From assembly GCA_016281405.1 (NCBI GenBank), contig JAEEIO010000045.1, positions 1 through 52,040 on the forward strand: a DNA stretch of 52,040 nucleotides, in the 5' to 3' direction. This DNA is from Clostridiales bacterium (GTDB taxonomy: Bacteria > Bacillota > Clostridia > Oscillospirales > RGIG5299). A program made the translations under genes and the position numbers. Each line of letters starts with the position of its first letter. Position 1 is the stretch's first letter. The notes beneath the pieces were generated by a model. The model was not told where the DNA came from and searched no databases. It worked only from the letters and a program-made list of their open reading frames with translations. This document shows, in pieces, positions 26,656-35,675 of this stretch.

Positions 26656-27432
26656 ATGGCAACACTTGATTCCATAATAAAGGAGCTTAACGGGCTCATC
26701 CCGAAGAGCGCCGACAGCGCCGCGAAAAACGGCGAATACGTGACTAAAAACGTCGCCGATCTCAACACGGCGTTGAAGAAGCTCCGCAATTCCTACAAGA
26801 TAAAGAAAAAGCGGATAGCCGCCGAGTCGGAGGCGGCGAGGGAGGCCGCCTACCGCGAGAAAGCGGCGAAATTCCGCGATAACGAGCAAAAGAAAAGGGG
26901 AGTTGAAAACGAGTCGCGCGTCCGCGCCCGGAACAAGGAGCTCATAAACTTCTATAAGGGCATAACGGGCGCCGAGTCGGAGGGCGACAAAGAGGACGTC
27001 CTCGAAAAAGCGCTCGCCGAAAAAGGCGTCCTCGACCGCGAGCACCGCGACACGGTATACGACCTCGAGCTGAGGGAGGCGGCGGCCGAGGCCAAGAGGG
27101 AAGCAGAGAAAAAGCTTCTCGACGAGGAACGGAAGTCGGCGGAGCAAAATCTCACCGAGCAAACCAGAAACAAACTCGAGTCGCTCGCGAGAGAGCTCCG
27201 CGAGGAGCAGAGGGTAAGCGACCTCAAAGACCGCGCCGACGGAGAGGGCGGCCTTTCGGACGACGAGCTTTTCGATATATGCAACTACATCCTGACCTCG
27301 TCCTATTACAAGGGCTACCTCTATCGCTCGATGGTAAATCAGCGCTATAAGGAGCTCAAGGAGTCGGGCAACCTCACCGAGAGCGACCTCGCGAGGATCA
27401 GAAAACTCCTCAAGATCAAGGAGGGCTCCTGA
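26656..27432 (+). CDS. Highly charged coiled-coil protein (phage internal, ejection or assembly protein?)
   Basis: 258 aa, E/K/R/A-rich with a heptad-like character. RBS AAAGGAG. Its stop overlaps the holin start (TGATG). Confidence 0.5.
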   Translation: MATLDSIIKELNGLIPKSADSAAKNGEYVTKNVADLNTALKKLRNSYKIKKKRIAAESEAAREAAYREKAAKFRDNEQKKRGVENESRVRARNKELINFYKGITGAESEGDKEDVLEKALAEKGVLDREHRDTVYDLELREAAAEAKREAEKKLLDEERKSAEQNLTEQTRNKLESLARELREEQRVSDLKDRADGEGGLSDDELFDICNYILTSSYYKGYLYRSMVNQRYKELKESGNLTESDLARIRKLLKIKEGS

Positions 27433-27836
27433 TGCTCGGTAAAATGAGCGCCGTCTTCAAGACGGCCTTCGCGGCGGTCGCGACCGCGGCAAATTATCTG
27501 CTCGGCGGCTTCGACGTCTCGCTCATCGCGCTTTTCGTCTTCATGGCGCTCGACTACGCGACGGGCGTTATGTCCGCCGCCCACCGCGGCGAACTGTCGA
27601 GCAAGGCGGGATTTTCGGGGATACTGCGAAAAATCACCGTCGTCGCCTGCGTAATAGTCGCCGTCATGCTCGACCGACTGCTCGGCACCGAGCACGTCTT
27701 CAAAATGATGTTTTGCTATTTTATGATAGCGAACGAAGGACTTTCGGTGCTTGAAAACGCGGGCGAGATGGGCGTGCCGCTCCCCAAAAAGCTTATTGAC
27801 GCCTTAAAGCAACTTCGCGGCGAAAACGACGAATAA
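27432..27836 (+). CDS. Phage holin, Phage_holin_4_1 / TcdE-like family
   Basis: 134 aa with three TM segments. Family-typical sequence: FVFMALDYATGVMSA...GFSGILRKI...FMIANEGLSVLENAGEMGVPLP. Confidence 0.85.
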   Translation: MLGKMSAVFKTAFAAVATAANYLLGGFDVSLIALFVFMALDYATGVMSAAHRGELSSKAGFSGILRKITVVACVIVAVMLDRLLGTEHVFKMMFCYFMIANEGLSVLENAGEMGVPLPKKLIDALKQLRGENDE

Positions 27837-27842
27837 AAACTA

Positions 27843-27872
27843 AAAACACCTTCGGAAACGAAGGTGTTTTTT
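27843..27872. terminator. Bidirectional rho-independent terminator
   Basis: aaaacaccttcg-gaaa-cgaaggtgtttt stem with flanking A/T runs, between the holin and the convergent antiporter gene. Confidence 0.8.
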
Positions 27873-27877
27873 ACGTC

Positions 27878-29128
27878 TTATTTGCTTTCGGTCGGCGCGG
27901 CCGCTTTTTTCTTTTTCGGGGGCTTTTCTATCTCGCCCGCCTTCTGCAGCGCGATCTTGGTGATGACGGGCCCGAAAAGCTCGTAGATAAGCGTGGCGCA
28001 AAGCACCACCGTCGTAATGGTCGAGGCTATTTCGGGGAACTCGTTGGCGACTATCTGCGCCATACCTATCGCGACGCCCGCCTGCGGCAAAAGTGCGAAG
28101 CCGAGATATTTTTTAATGTTCGGGTCGGCCTTGGTGACGGCGGAGCCCAAGAAGGCGCCCGTCCACTTGCCCAAAGACCTCGCGGCGAGGTAAACGATAC
28201 CCACCACGCCCACCGAGGCAATAACTCCGACGTCAAGGTCGGCGCCCGAGAGGACGAAGAAAAGCAAAAACAAAGGAGGCGTCCAACGCTCCGACGACTC
28301 GGTGATGACGTCGGAATCCTTGCGGAGGTTGCAAAACGTCGCGCCCGTCATCATGCAAACCAAAAGCGACGAAAGCGAGACGCCGAGAAACTCGTCGAAG
28401 GCGAGCGACGCTCCGACGCCCGCCAAAACCGCCGTAATAATAAGGCAAAGCTTGTTTGCGCGCGAGTGGAAAAACCTTACGCAAAGGGCAAGCAAAAGTC
28501 CGATAACGAAGCCTATCGCCACCGAGAGAACGATCTCGAGAAGCGGCTCCAAAAGAATGCTTTTGACGCTTACGCCCTCGTTGTTATATAGGGCGATGGC
28601 AAGCGAATTCGATATGGCGAAGACCATAAGTCCCACGGCGTCGTCAAGCGCCACGACGGGTAAAAGCGCGTCGGTGACGGGACCCTTCGCCTTATACTGC
28701 TTCACCACCATAAGAGTCGCGGCGGGAGCCGTCGCCGTCGCTATAGCTCCTAAAACAAGCGCTTCCGAGACGGTGGTAAGTCCGAAAAATGTGAGGGCGA
28801 GCAGGCAGATATCGACGAAAATGACCGTCGTCAGCGCCTGAAACATGGTTATCGTTATGACCTTGCCGCCGATTTTCTTTATGTTCGCGAACTTGAAGGA
28901 GCCGCCTATCGAAAAAGCTATGAAGCCGAGCGCTATAGTCGTGATTATCGAAAAGCTTTCGAGCGTCTCTTTGCTTACGAGATGTCCGACGCAAGGGCCG
29001 ATAAGAAGTCCCGCGACGAGGTAGGCGGTGACGTTCGGAAGTCTTACGAGCTTTGCGAGACGTCCGACCAAAAGCGCCGACGCGATCATTACGGCAAGCG
29101 AAAAAATTATTTTAAGACTTTCGCTCAT
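27878..29128 (-). CDS. Cation:proton antiporter (CPA2 / Na_H_Exchanger family), no RCK domain
   Basis: A 416-aa polytopic membrane protein with an N-terminus typical of Kef/NapA-like antiporters (LPNVTAYLVAGLLIGP). Confidence 0.85.
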   Translation of the reverse strand: MSESLKIIFSLAVMIASALLVGRLAKLVRLPNVTAYLVAGLLIGPCVGHLVSKETLESFSIITTIALGFIAFSIGGSFKFANIKKIGGKVITITMFQALTTVIFVDICLLALTFFGLTTVSEALVLGAIATATAPAATLMVVKQYKAKGPVTDALLPVVALDDAVGLMVFAISNSLAIALYNNEGVSVKSILLEPLLEIVLSVAIGFVIGLLLALCVRFFHSRANKLCLIITAVLAGVGASLAFDEFLGVSLSSLLVCMMTGATFCNLRKDSDVITESSERWTPPLFLLFFVLSGADLDVGVIASVGVVGIVYLAARSLGKWTGAFLGSAVTKADPNIKKYLGFALLPQAGVAIGMAQIVANEFPEIASTITTVVLCATLIYELFGPVITKIALQKAGEIEKPPKKKKAAAPTESK

Positions 29129-29464
29129 TTAATGGCTCAGACCTTCCATATAAGTGACCGGCACGGCGAAAATAATGCCGCTGTCGGGCTTGTCGAGCCC
29201 GCCCGTGACGTCGTTGACGATCTTCGAAATGGCGTGGACCTTCTCGTCCTCCGTCACCATTAAGATCGTCTTGCTCTTCTCCCTTTCGGGGTTTAAGAAA
29301 AGGCGGAAAGCGGAGGTGAAGCTTATCTCGTCTTCCTGACTTAAAGACCGCGCCATGCCCGTCGACTCGAGAATCGTCGCGCCGGTGAAGCCGTGCAGGG
29401 TAAGCTCGTGTAAAAGCGCCTCGAAGCAGTCGGTCTGATTGAGGACAATAGTCACCAATACCAT
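29129..29464 (-). CDS. P-II-like small signalling protein
   Basis: 111 aa with a beta-alpha-beta pattern (MVLVTIVLNQTD...LHGFTGATILESTGM...ILMVTEDEKV). Its stop codon directly abuts the antiporter start codon. Confidence 0.65.
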   Translation of the reverse strand: MVLVTIVLNQTDCFEALLHELTLHGFTGATILESTGMARSLSQEDEISFTSAFRLFLNPEREKSKTILMVTEDEKVHAISKIVNDVTGGLDKPDSGIIFAVPVTYMEGLSH

Positions 29465-29476
29465 AATATTACCTCC

Positions 29477-31297
29477 TTATTTGCTGTGAGCGGCCATACG
29501 CAAACGCTGCGCGTGGTCGAGTATTCTCTTCCTTATTCTTATGTTCTTGGGGGTTATCTCCAAAAGCTCGTCGGGAGCGATGAACTCGAGGCTCTCCTCA
29601 AGACTTAAGTGGGTGCAGGGAGTGAGGCGCAAGGCCTCGTCCTTGCCCGCGGCGCGCATATTGGTCTGATGCTTCTGCTTGCAGACGTTTACCGCGATGT
29701 CGTCGCCCTTCGGCGAGCAGCCGACCACCATGCCCGCGTAGACGGGCACGCCGGGGCCTATGAAGAGCTTTCCGCGCTCCTGGGCGTTAAAAAGTCCGTA
29801 GGTTATCGACTCGCCCGACTCGAAGGCGATGAGCGCGCCCGACGAGCGGGTCGGGATCTCGCCCTTGTAGGGCGCGTATTCGTGGAAGACCGAGTTCATT
29901 ATGCCCTTGCCGCGGGTGTCTGTCAGAAACTCGTTTCTGTAGCCGAAAAGTCCGCGGGAGGGGATGTAAAACGTGAGACGCGTCCTTCCGCCCATGGGCG
30001 CCGAGGCGACCATCTCGCCCTTGCGGCGTCCGAGCTTCTCGATAACGCTTCCGACGTATTCGTCGGGGACGTCAATGGTGACCTCCTCGACGGGCTCGCA
30101 CTTCACACCGTCGATAACTTTTATGATGACCGACGGGTTGGAGACCTGAAACTCGTAGCCCTCGCGCCTCATCGTCTCGATGAGGACGGAAAGGTGCATT
30201 TCGCCCCTGCCCATGACCTTGAAGCACTCGGTCGAGTCGGTGTCGGACACCTTTAAGGAAACGTCCTTAAGCAATTCCTTGTAAAGCCTGTCGCGTAAAT
30301 GCCTCGAGGTGACGTATTTTCCCTCGCGGCCCGCGAAGGGGCTGTCGTTAACCATAAAGTTCATTTCGAGCGTCGGCTCGGATATCTTCACAAAGGTTAT
30401 CGGCGTGACGTCCGACGGGTCGCAGACGGTGTCGCCAATCGTAAGACCCTCTATGCCCGAAAGCGAGACGATGTCGCCCACGGTCGCACTCTCCACTTCG
30501 ACCTTCTGAAGCCCCGAGAACTGATAAAGGGTGTTTATCTTGGCCTTGTAGGGCGCGCTGTCGCCGTGGTAGTTGCAGACCATGACCTCGGCGCCGCTCC
30601 TTATGACGCCGCGGTCGACGCGGCCTATGCCTATACGTCCGACGTAATCGGAGTAGTCGAGCGACGAGATAAGCATCTGCAAGGGCGCGTTTTCGTCGCC
30701 CTCGGGCGGATCTATGTAGTTTATGATAGTCTCGAAAAGGGGCGTCATGTCGGCCGTCTGCTTATCGGGCAGATAAGAGGCGGTGCCGCTTCTTCCCGAG
30801 CAGAATACGAAGGGACTGTCAAGCTGTTCTACGCTCGCGTTAAGCTCCAAGAAAAGCTCCAGAACCTCGTCCCTTACCTCGCTTATCCTCGCGTCGGGCT
30901 TGTCGACCTTGTTTATGACGACTATGACCTTAAGCCCGAGGTCGAGCGCCTTTTGTAAGACGAAGCGGGTCTGGGGCATGGGGCCCTCGGCGGCGTCGAC
31001 CAGAAGCAGCACGCCGTTTACCATTTTGAGCACGCGCTCCACCTCGCCGCCGAAATCGGCGTGACCGGGGGTGTCTATAATGTTTATTTTGATGCCCTTA
31101 TAGACGACCGAGGTGTTTTTCGAGAGGATGGTAATGCCGCGCTCTCTTTCGAGGTCGTTGCTGTCCATAACGCGCTCGGCGACGACCTGGTTGTCGCGGA
31201 AAACGCCCGACTGCTTAAGGAGCACGTCGACGAGCGTCGTCTTGCCGTGGTCGACGTGGGCTATTATTGCGATGTTTCTGATGTCGTTCCTTATCAA
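29477..31297 (-). CDS. typA: Translational GTPase TypA/BipA
   Basis: G1-G4 motifs ([18 protein letters not shown]) and full-length similarity to BipA; 606 aa. Confidence 0.95.
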   Translation of the reverse strand: MIRNDIRNIAIIAHVDHGKTTLVDVLLKQSGVFRDNQVVAERVMDSNDLERERGITILSKNTSVVYKGIKINIIDTPGHADFGGEVERVLKMVNGVLLLVDAAEGPMPQTRFVLQKALDLGLKVIVVINKVDKPDARISEVRDEVLELFLELNASVEQLDSPFVFCSGRSGTASYLPDKQTADMTPLFETIINYIDPPEGDENAPLQMLISSLDYSDYVGRIGIGRVDRGVIRSGAEVMVCNYHGDSAPYKAKINTLYQFSGLQKVEVESATVGDIVSLSGIEGLTIGDTVCDPSDVTPITFVKISEPTLEMNFMVNDSPFAGREGKYVTSRHLRDRLYKELLKDVSLKVSDTDSTECFKVMGRGEMHLSVLIETMRREGYEFQVSNPSVIIKVIDGVKCEPVEEVTIDVPDEYVGSVIEKLGRRKGEMVASAPMGGRTRLTFYIPSRGLFGYRNEFLTDTRGKGIMNSVFHEYAPYKGEIPTRSSGALIAFESGESITYGLFNAQERGKLFIGPGVPVYAGMVVGCSPKGDDIAVNVCKQKHQTNMRAAGKDEALRLTPCTHLSLEESLEFIAPDELLEITPKNIRIRKRILDHAQRLRMAAHSK

Positions 31298-31418
31298 GAG
31301 ATATTTCCCCGTTTCAACTTATTATTTTTTTACAAATATATATTATATCACTTATACTTGCGCCTTGCAAATGTTTTTTCCACCCACGGCGCGGAGAAAT
31401 TGCTCGTATTAAAAATAA

Positions 31419-31447
31419 TTGACAAAATAATAATTTTTTAGTATAAT
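31419..31447 (+). promoter_or_regulatory. Sigma-A type promoter for the secreted 765-aa protein
   Basis: TTGACA (31419-31424), a 17-nt spacer, then TATAAT (31442-31447). Confidence 0.65.
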
Positions 31448-31480
31448 ATTACCAACAAATATAAGAAAGGAAGTACTTTA

Positions 31481-33778
31481 ATGGTAAAACGTGCAATTTC
31501 AGTTGCTGTTTGTTTAATGCTTCTTGCGGCCGCCGTGCCGTTTTCCGCGGTGTCCGCGGAAACGATTCCCGAGACGCCAAAGGCGTTAGCGGCGGAAGAA
31601 CTCCCCGACGCGATGATCGGCAAAATCTCCGAGAAAACGCTTGTCGCGAGAGTGAACGATTTTGAAGACGACCCCTATTCACTCGTCTTCGCAAATGACG
31701 ACGGCACCTATTCTCTCTTTTATTTCAGCGAGCCCGTGAAATACACGGCCGCCGACGGAACGGTCAAAGACAAAAGCACCGCCATTTCGGAACAAAACGG
31801 AGCTTTCCGCTCGGGCGATAACGACTTTTCGGCCGTTTTACCATACGGCGCGGCAGAGGGCGTCACGTTCTCCTACGGCGAATATGCCGTTACCTTCAAG
31901 GCAAACGGCGCGGCCGAAACTTCGCACGCCGTCAAAACGGGCCGCGACTGCGTTATCTATGCAAATATCTTTAAAAACGTTTCTCTCCGTTACACCATGC
32001 TCCTTAACGGCCTGAAGGAAGATATTATTTTGACTTCGCCCGATTGTTCCGAAAGCGTTTCTTTCACGGTTTACACAAACGGACTTTCGCTTTCCGAATA
32101 CGAGGACGGCTATTATTTCGCCTCGGGCGACGAAAAGCTTTTCAAGCTCGGCGAGCTTACGGTCGAGGACAGCTCGGGTATCTTCGACGAAAAGGAATAC
32201 GCACACGAAATGACGGTCGAGACGGTCGAAGACGGCGAAGAATACAAGGTCACGTTAACGGTCGACCGCGCTTATCTCGACGACCCCGCGAGAGTTTATC
32301 CCGTTTACGTCGACCCGACCATTACGCTTAATACCAAGACTCAAATCGAGGACACCACTCTGTTTTCAGGTCAGCCGACCAGCAATTACGGCGGATTTAA
32401 GAATATACGCACGGGGTATTACAACACGACTTATAAACAGAGTTATACCCTGATGAGATTTCCAGGGCTAACGTCGACTTCGTTTAATTTTTGTTATGCC
32501 TCCGAAATAACAAGCGCGGATTTATATCTTTATTCACAGGAAAACCGTTCAACAAGCACTTGGATACAGGCAAACTTTTATTCGGGAACAGACTGGGACG
32601 AGGATTATATAACATATAATACCGCGGTTTATCCTTTTTATTCCTTAGGCATGATGGGGTTGACGGCAGTTCCGTCTAATGCAACCGCAGGGTATATTTC
32701 CGTTGATATTACTTATGCTCTTCAAACATGGAAAGGAGGAACATATTCAAACAGTCCCTTTAATAAAGGCATATGCTTAACAGGGCCAATGTCATCCGGC
32801 AGTTGTCTTAATATAAAATCTACCGAAGCGCCATCAAACAAACCGTATTTAACGGTCGTTATTACGCCGACGCTATCGGAAAGCAGTGTTACAATTGAGT
32901 ATACTACTTCAAAACAGTTGTCATATACGATAGGCGGTAGTGTTCCCTGCGCGTCCGCATGGCTCTCAAGCAATAATTCTGTTGCAACTGTTTCTAACAG
33001 CGGCCTCGTGACGGCGGCAGGGGTTGGCAGTTGTCAAATATATGTATATGGTATTCCAAATAATGCTTTGATTGTTGCGGTTTGCGATGTTAGTGTGGAA
33101 TATATCATTTTTGAAACTCCGATTATTAATATGAATAAGGAAGATCTACAATTTGGGCAAAAAACTAAAAACACTATTCAAAGCATTAATTCCTTAATCA
33201 GTGACTCGTATTTTACAGATTCTGTTACTTCATTAAGACAAAAAATGATTAATACTTGCGAATTTGTAGGAAACACTCCTGCTCCTAATTACGCAATTGA
33301 TATGATTGACTTTTTTATTAACGGTGAAAACAGAAATATTGTGGATTACAGCAATAACGATTTAATAAATGACGTTGAAACCCATAGTTCAACAACAGCT
33401 TTTATAAATGATATAAATACGCAGATAAAAAATCAGCTGTTAAGCGGCAAAACAATGGTCGAGCTCTATGGATTTATTTCCGTCAATAAGCCAGTTTATT
33501 CATTAAATCATCCTTTGGCTTTTTGTATTCATGGCACACAATATGCGAGAGTCTCTATTACTTCGTACTCTGTTACAGGAACAAATTATTCTGCTTCATT
33601 ACATATAGTATTAAAAGATGTATTCGGTTTAGCAACTGATGATATAACACGACCGACAGGATGGCTTGACGGTTTTTTTAGCTGGTACGTATTACAACAC
33701 TATGACGGATATAATGGAGCGCATAAGCCGTTTATTACTGTAATTGAGTTTGATACTATTGTTTCGGGAACGCTTTAG
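31481..33778 (+). CDS. Secreted multidomain protein: signal peptide, DNRLRE-like carbohydrate-binding-type domain, Big_2-like Ig domain, and an unknown C-terminal domain
   Basis: Signal peptide MVKRAISVAVCLMLLAAAVPFSAVSAE. DNRLRE-like segment (VYVDPTI...EDTTLFSGQPTSNYGG...YTLMRFPGL...ITSADLYLY). Big_2-like segment (SNNSVATVSNSGLVTAAGVGSCQIYV). There is a sharp drop in GC from ~32.35 kb onward. Confidence 0.7.
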   Translation: MVKRAISVAVCLMLLAAAVPFSAVSAETIPETPKALAAEELPDAMIGKISEKTLVARVNDFEDDPYSLVFANDDGTYSLFYFSEPVKYTAADGTVKDKSTAISEQNGAFRSGDNDFSAVLPYGAAEGVTFSYGEYAVTFKANGAAETSHAVKTGRDCVIYANIFKNVSLRYTMLLNGLKEDIILTSPDCSESVSFTVYTNGLSLSEYEDGYYFASGDEKLFKLGELTVEDSSGIFDEKEYAHEMTVETVEDGEEYKVTLTVDRAYLDDPARVYPVYVDPTITLNTKTQIEDTTLFSGQPTSNYGGFKNIRTGYYNTTYKQSYTLMRFPGLTSTSFNFCYASEITSADLYLYSQENRSTSTWIQANFYSGTDWDEDYITYNTAVYPFYSLGMMGLTAVPSNATAGYISVDITYALQTWKGGTYSNSPFNKGICLTGPMSSGSCLNIKSTEAPSNKPYLTVVITPTLSESSVTIEYTTSKQLSYTIGGSVPCASAWLSSNNSVATVSNSGLVTAAGVGSCQIYVYGIPNNALIVAVCDVSVEYIIFETPIINMNKEDLQFGQKTKNTIQSINSLISDSYFTDSVTSLRQKMINTCEFVGNTPAPNYAIDMIDFFINGENRNIVDYSNNDLINDVETHSSTTAFINDINTQIKNQLLSGKTMVELYGFISVNKPVYSLNHPLAFCIHGTQYARVSITSYSVTGTNYSASLHIVLKDVFGLATDDITRPTGWLDGFFSWYVLQHYDGYNGAHKPFITVIEFDTIVSGTL

Positions 33779-33802
33779 TTTTAATTACGGAGGGGTATTA
33801 AT

Positions 33803-34384
33803 ATGGCAAAAAAACGGGGCTTTACCTTTGTGCGAATAGTTGCCGCGGCTTGTCTGATATTGTATTCTGCTATATTTGGCTTTTGGCTTATAATAATATC
33901 TTTAGATTATATTATTATTAATCACTATCCTTTCGATATTGAAATTATCTTTTTCACTGTTCACTATTTGGCCATAACAGCTATTGCGACTTCAATGATT
34001 GTTCGGAATAATGTATTAACCTCGATCGGCGCGGCGGTTTGTTGTCCGTTTGCGGTCGGAAGATTGATCACTATGATACGCGAATATCAACACGGTATTA
34101 TGCGCTTATCGGACCCGATTGCGTCTGCGCTTTACTTGGCAATGTGGGTTGCTTTGGCTTTTTTCGGAATTCCAAGAATAAAAAAAGCAGCCGGCATTAT
34201 TGCCGCAATACTGTCTGTAGCATGGTTTGCCGTCACTATGCTCGGAACCCTTGAAAGCGTGGATTTTTCTCCTTTATTGCCTTTTTATGAGAGTTCCCTC
34301 AAAAAATTATTGTTGCCGATAGGGATAATCTTTATTGCAATATCGGCAAGGGAGAAACCTGTGAAGAGGGATAACAAGTTATAA
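33803..34384 (+). CDS. Polytopic membrane protein (about 5-6 TM), unknown function, low GC
   Basis: 193 aa with hydrophobic segments throughout. RBS GGAGGGG. It has the same AT-rich composition as the 3' part of the upstream gene. Confidence 0.65.
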   Translation: MAKKRGFTFVRIVAAACLILYSAIFGFWLIIISLDYIIINHYPFDIEIIFFTVHYLAITAIATSMIVRNNVLTSIGAAVCCPFAVGRLITMIREYQHGIMRLSDPIASALYLAMWVALAFFGIPRIKKAAGIIAAILSVAWFAVTMLGTLESVDFSPLLPFYESSLKKLLLPIGIIFIAISAREKPVKRDNKL

Positions 34385-34448
34385 GCCGTTTGTAACATTG
34401 GCGGTTTTTTGAGCCTTTGAAAAATATGTTGACTAAAGCATAAACCCA

Positions 34449-34486
34449 CGCCCCCGCGCCATCGGCGCGGGGGCGTTCTTTTTTTC
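34449..34486. terminator. Bidirectional terminator between the membrane protein gene and metK
   Basis: cgcccccgcgcc-atc-ggcgcgggggcg GC-rich stem followed by a T-run on the + strand. Confidence 0.75.
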
Positions 34487-35662
34487 TTACTTTATCGCTT
34501 TCAAAAGGGCGTCTTTTTTGGTCACCTTTTCAAAGGAAACGCCGAGGTCCTCTCTACCCATGTGGCCGTAGGCGGCAAGCCCCGAATAGATGGGCTTACG
34601 GAGGTCGTAATAGTCTATTAACGCGCCCGGACGGAGGTCGAAAACCTCCGATACCGCCGCCGCCACGGCTTCGTCGGGAACTTTTCCCGTGCCGAAGCTG
34701 TCGACCGTCACCGAGACGGGTGACGCCACGCCTATGGCGTAGGCTATCTGCACCTGCGCTCTTCTCGCGAGCCCCGCCGCGACAATAGTCTTGGCGATGT
34801 TTCTCGCCGCGTAGGCGCCGCTGCGGTCGACCTTGGTCGGGTCCTTGCCCGAAAACGAGCCGCCGCCGTGGCTCCCCATGCCGCCGTAGGTGTCGACTAT
34901 TATCTTGCGGCCCGTCAGTCCCGAGTCGCCCACGGGGCCGCCTATCACGAACCGCCCCGTCGGGTTTATGTAATATTTCGTTTCGGCGTCGAGCATGCCG
35001 TAAGGGAAGACCTTTTCGATGACCTCGCTTTTCACGGCCTCGACAATCTCGCTCTGGCTCACGTTCCCGTCGTGCTGCGTCGAGACGACCACCGTGTCTA
35101 TCCTCGCGACGCGCCCTTCGCCGTCGTATTCGACGGTCACCTGCGTCTTGCCGTCGGGACGTAAAAACGGCACCGTGCCGTCCTTGCGGACTTTCGCGAG
35201 CCTCTTTGCGAGCTCGTGCGCCTTCTGGATGGGCATCGGCATAAGCTCGGGCGTTTCGTCGCAGGCGAAGCCGAACATCATGCCCTGGTCGCCCGCGCCT
35301 ATAAGATGCTCGCTCCCCGCTCGCCCCTCGAGCGCCTCCGATACGCCCATGGCGATATCGGGCGACTGCTCGTCTATCGACGTCACGACGCCGCAGGTGT
35401 CGGCGGAAAAGCCGTAGGCGAGGTCGTTATAGCCTATGCGGCTTATGACGCGCCTGACGGTCTTGGGGATGTCGACGTAGCAGCTCGTCGTTATCTCGCC
35501 GAAGACGTTTACGAGCCCCGTCGTCGCCGTCGCCTCGCAGGCCACGCGCGCCGCGGGGTCTTTTTCGAGTATTTCGTCGAGCACGGCGTCGGCTATCTGA
35601 TCGCAGATCTTATCGGGGTGACCTTCGGTCACCGATTCCGACGTGAAAAGTCTTCTTTGCAT
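34487..35662 (-). CDS. metK: S-adenosylmethionine synthetase
   Basis: [15 protein letters not shown] and [16 protein letters not shown] motifs. The start was chosen at M38 of the track ORF ([18 protein letters not shown]), preceded by GGAGTG. Confidence 0.95.
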   Translation of the reverse strand: MQRRLFTSESVTEGHPDKICDQIADAVLDEILEKDPAARVACEATATTGLVNVFGEITTSCYVDIPKTVRRVISRIGYNDLAYGFSADTCGVVTSIDEQSPDIAMGVSEALEGRAGSEHLIGAGDQGMMFGFACDETPELMPMPIQKAHELAKRLAKVRKDGTVPFLRPDGKTQVTVEYDGEGRVARIDTVVVSTQHDGNVSQSEIVEAVKSEVIEKVFPYGMLDAETKYYINPTGRFVIGGPVGDSGLTGRKIIVDTYGGMGSHGGGSFSGKDPTKVDRSGAYAARNIAKTIVAAGLARRAQVQIAYAIGVASPVSVTVDSFGTGKVPDEAVAAAVSEVFDLRPGALIDYYDLRKPIYSGLAAYGHMGREDLGVSFEKVTKKDALLKAIK

Positions 35663-35675
35663 AATATCACTCCGT

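Larger units (their letters stand above)
19430..27836 (+). mobile_element. Phage-derived packaging/head/short-tail-like/holin module (8.4 kb, 10 co-directional ORFs) with no lysogeny, replication, fibre or endolysin genes
   Basis: Order is TerS, TerL, small TM ORF, portal, scaffold, MCP, three unknown ORFs, holin. Junctions are tight or overlapping (19774/19777, 21301/21304, 27432). It is flanked on both sides by terminators and housekeeping genes. GC and codon style look the same as the host. Confidence 0.8.

Noticed and set aside
19100-27900. Calling the region an intact or inducible prophage
   Set aside because: No integrase, recombinase, repressor, replication, tail tube, tape measure, fibre or endolysin genes were recognisable by eye, and there are no attL/attR-like direct repeats at the borders. 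It is therefore reported as a phage-derived module, not a prophage.
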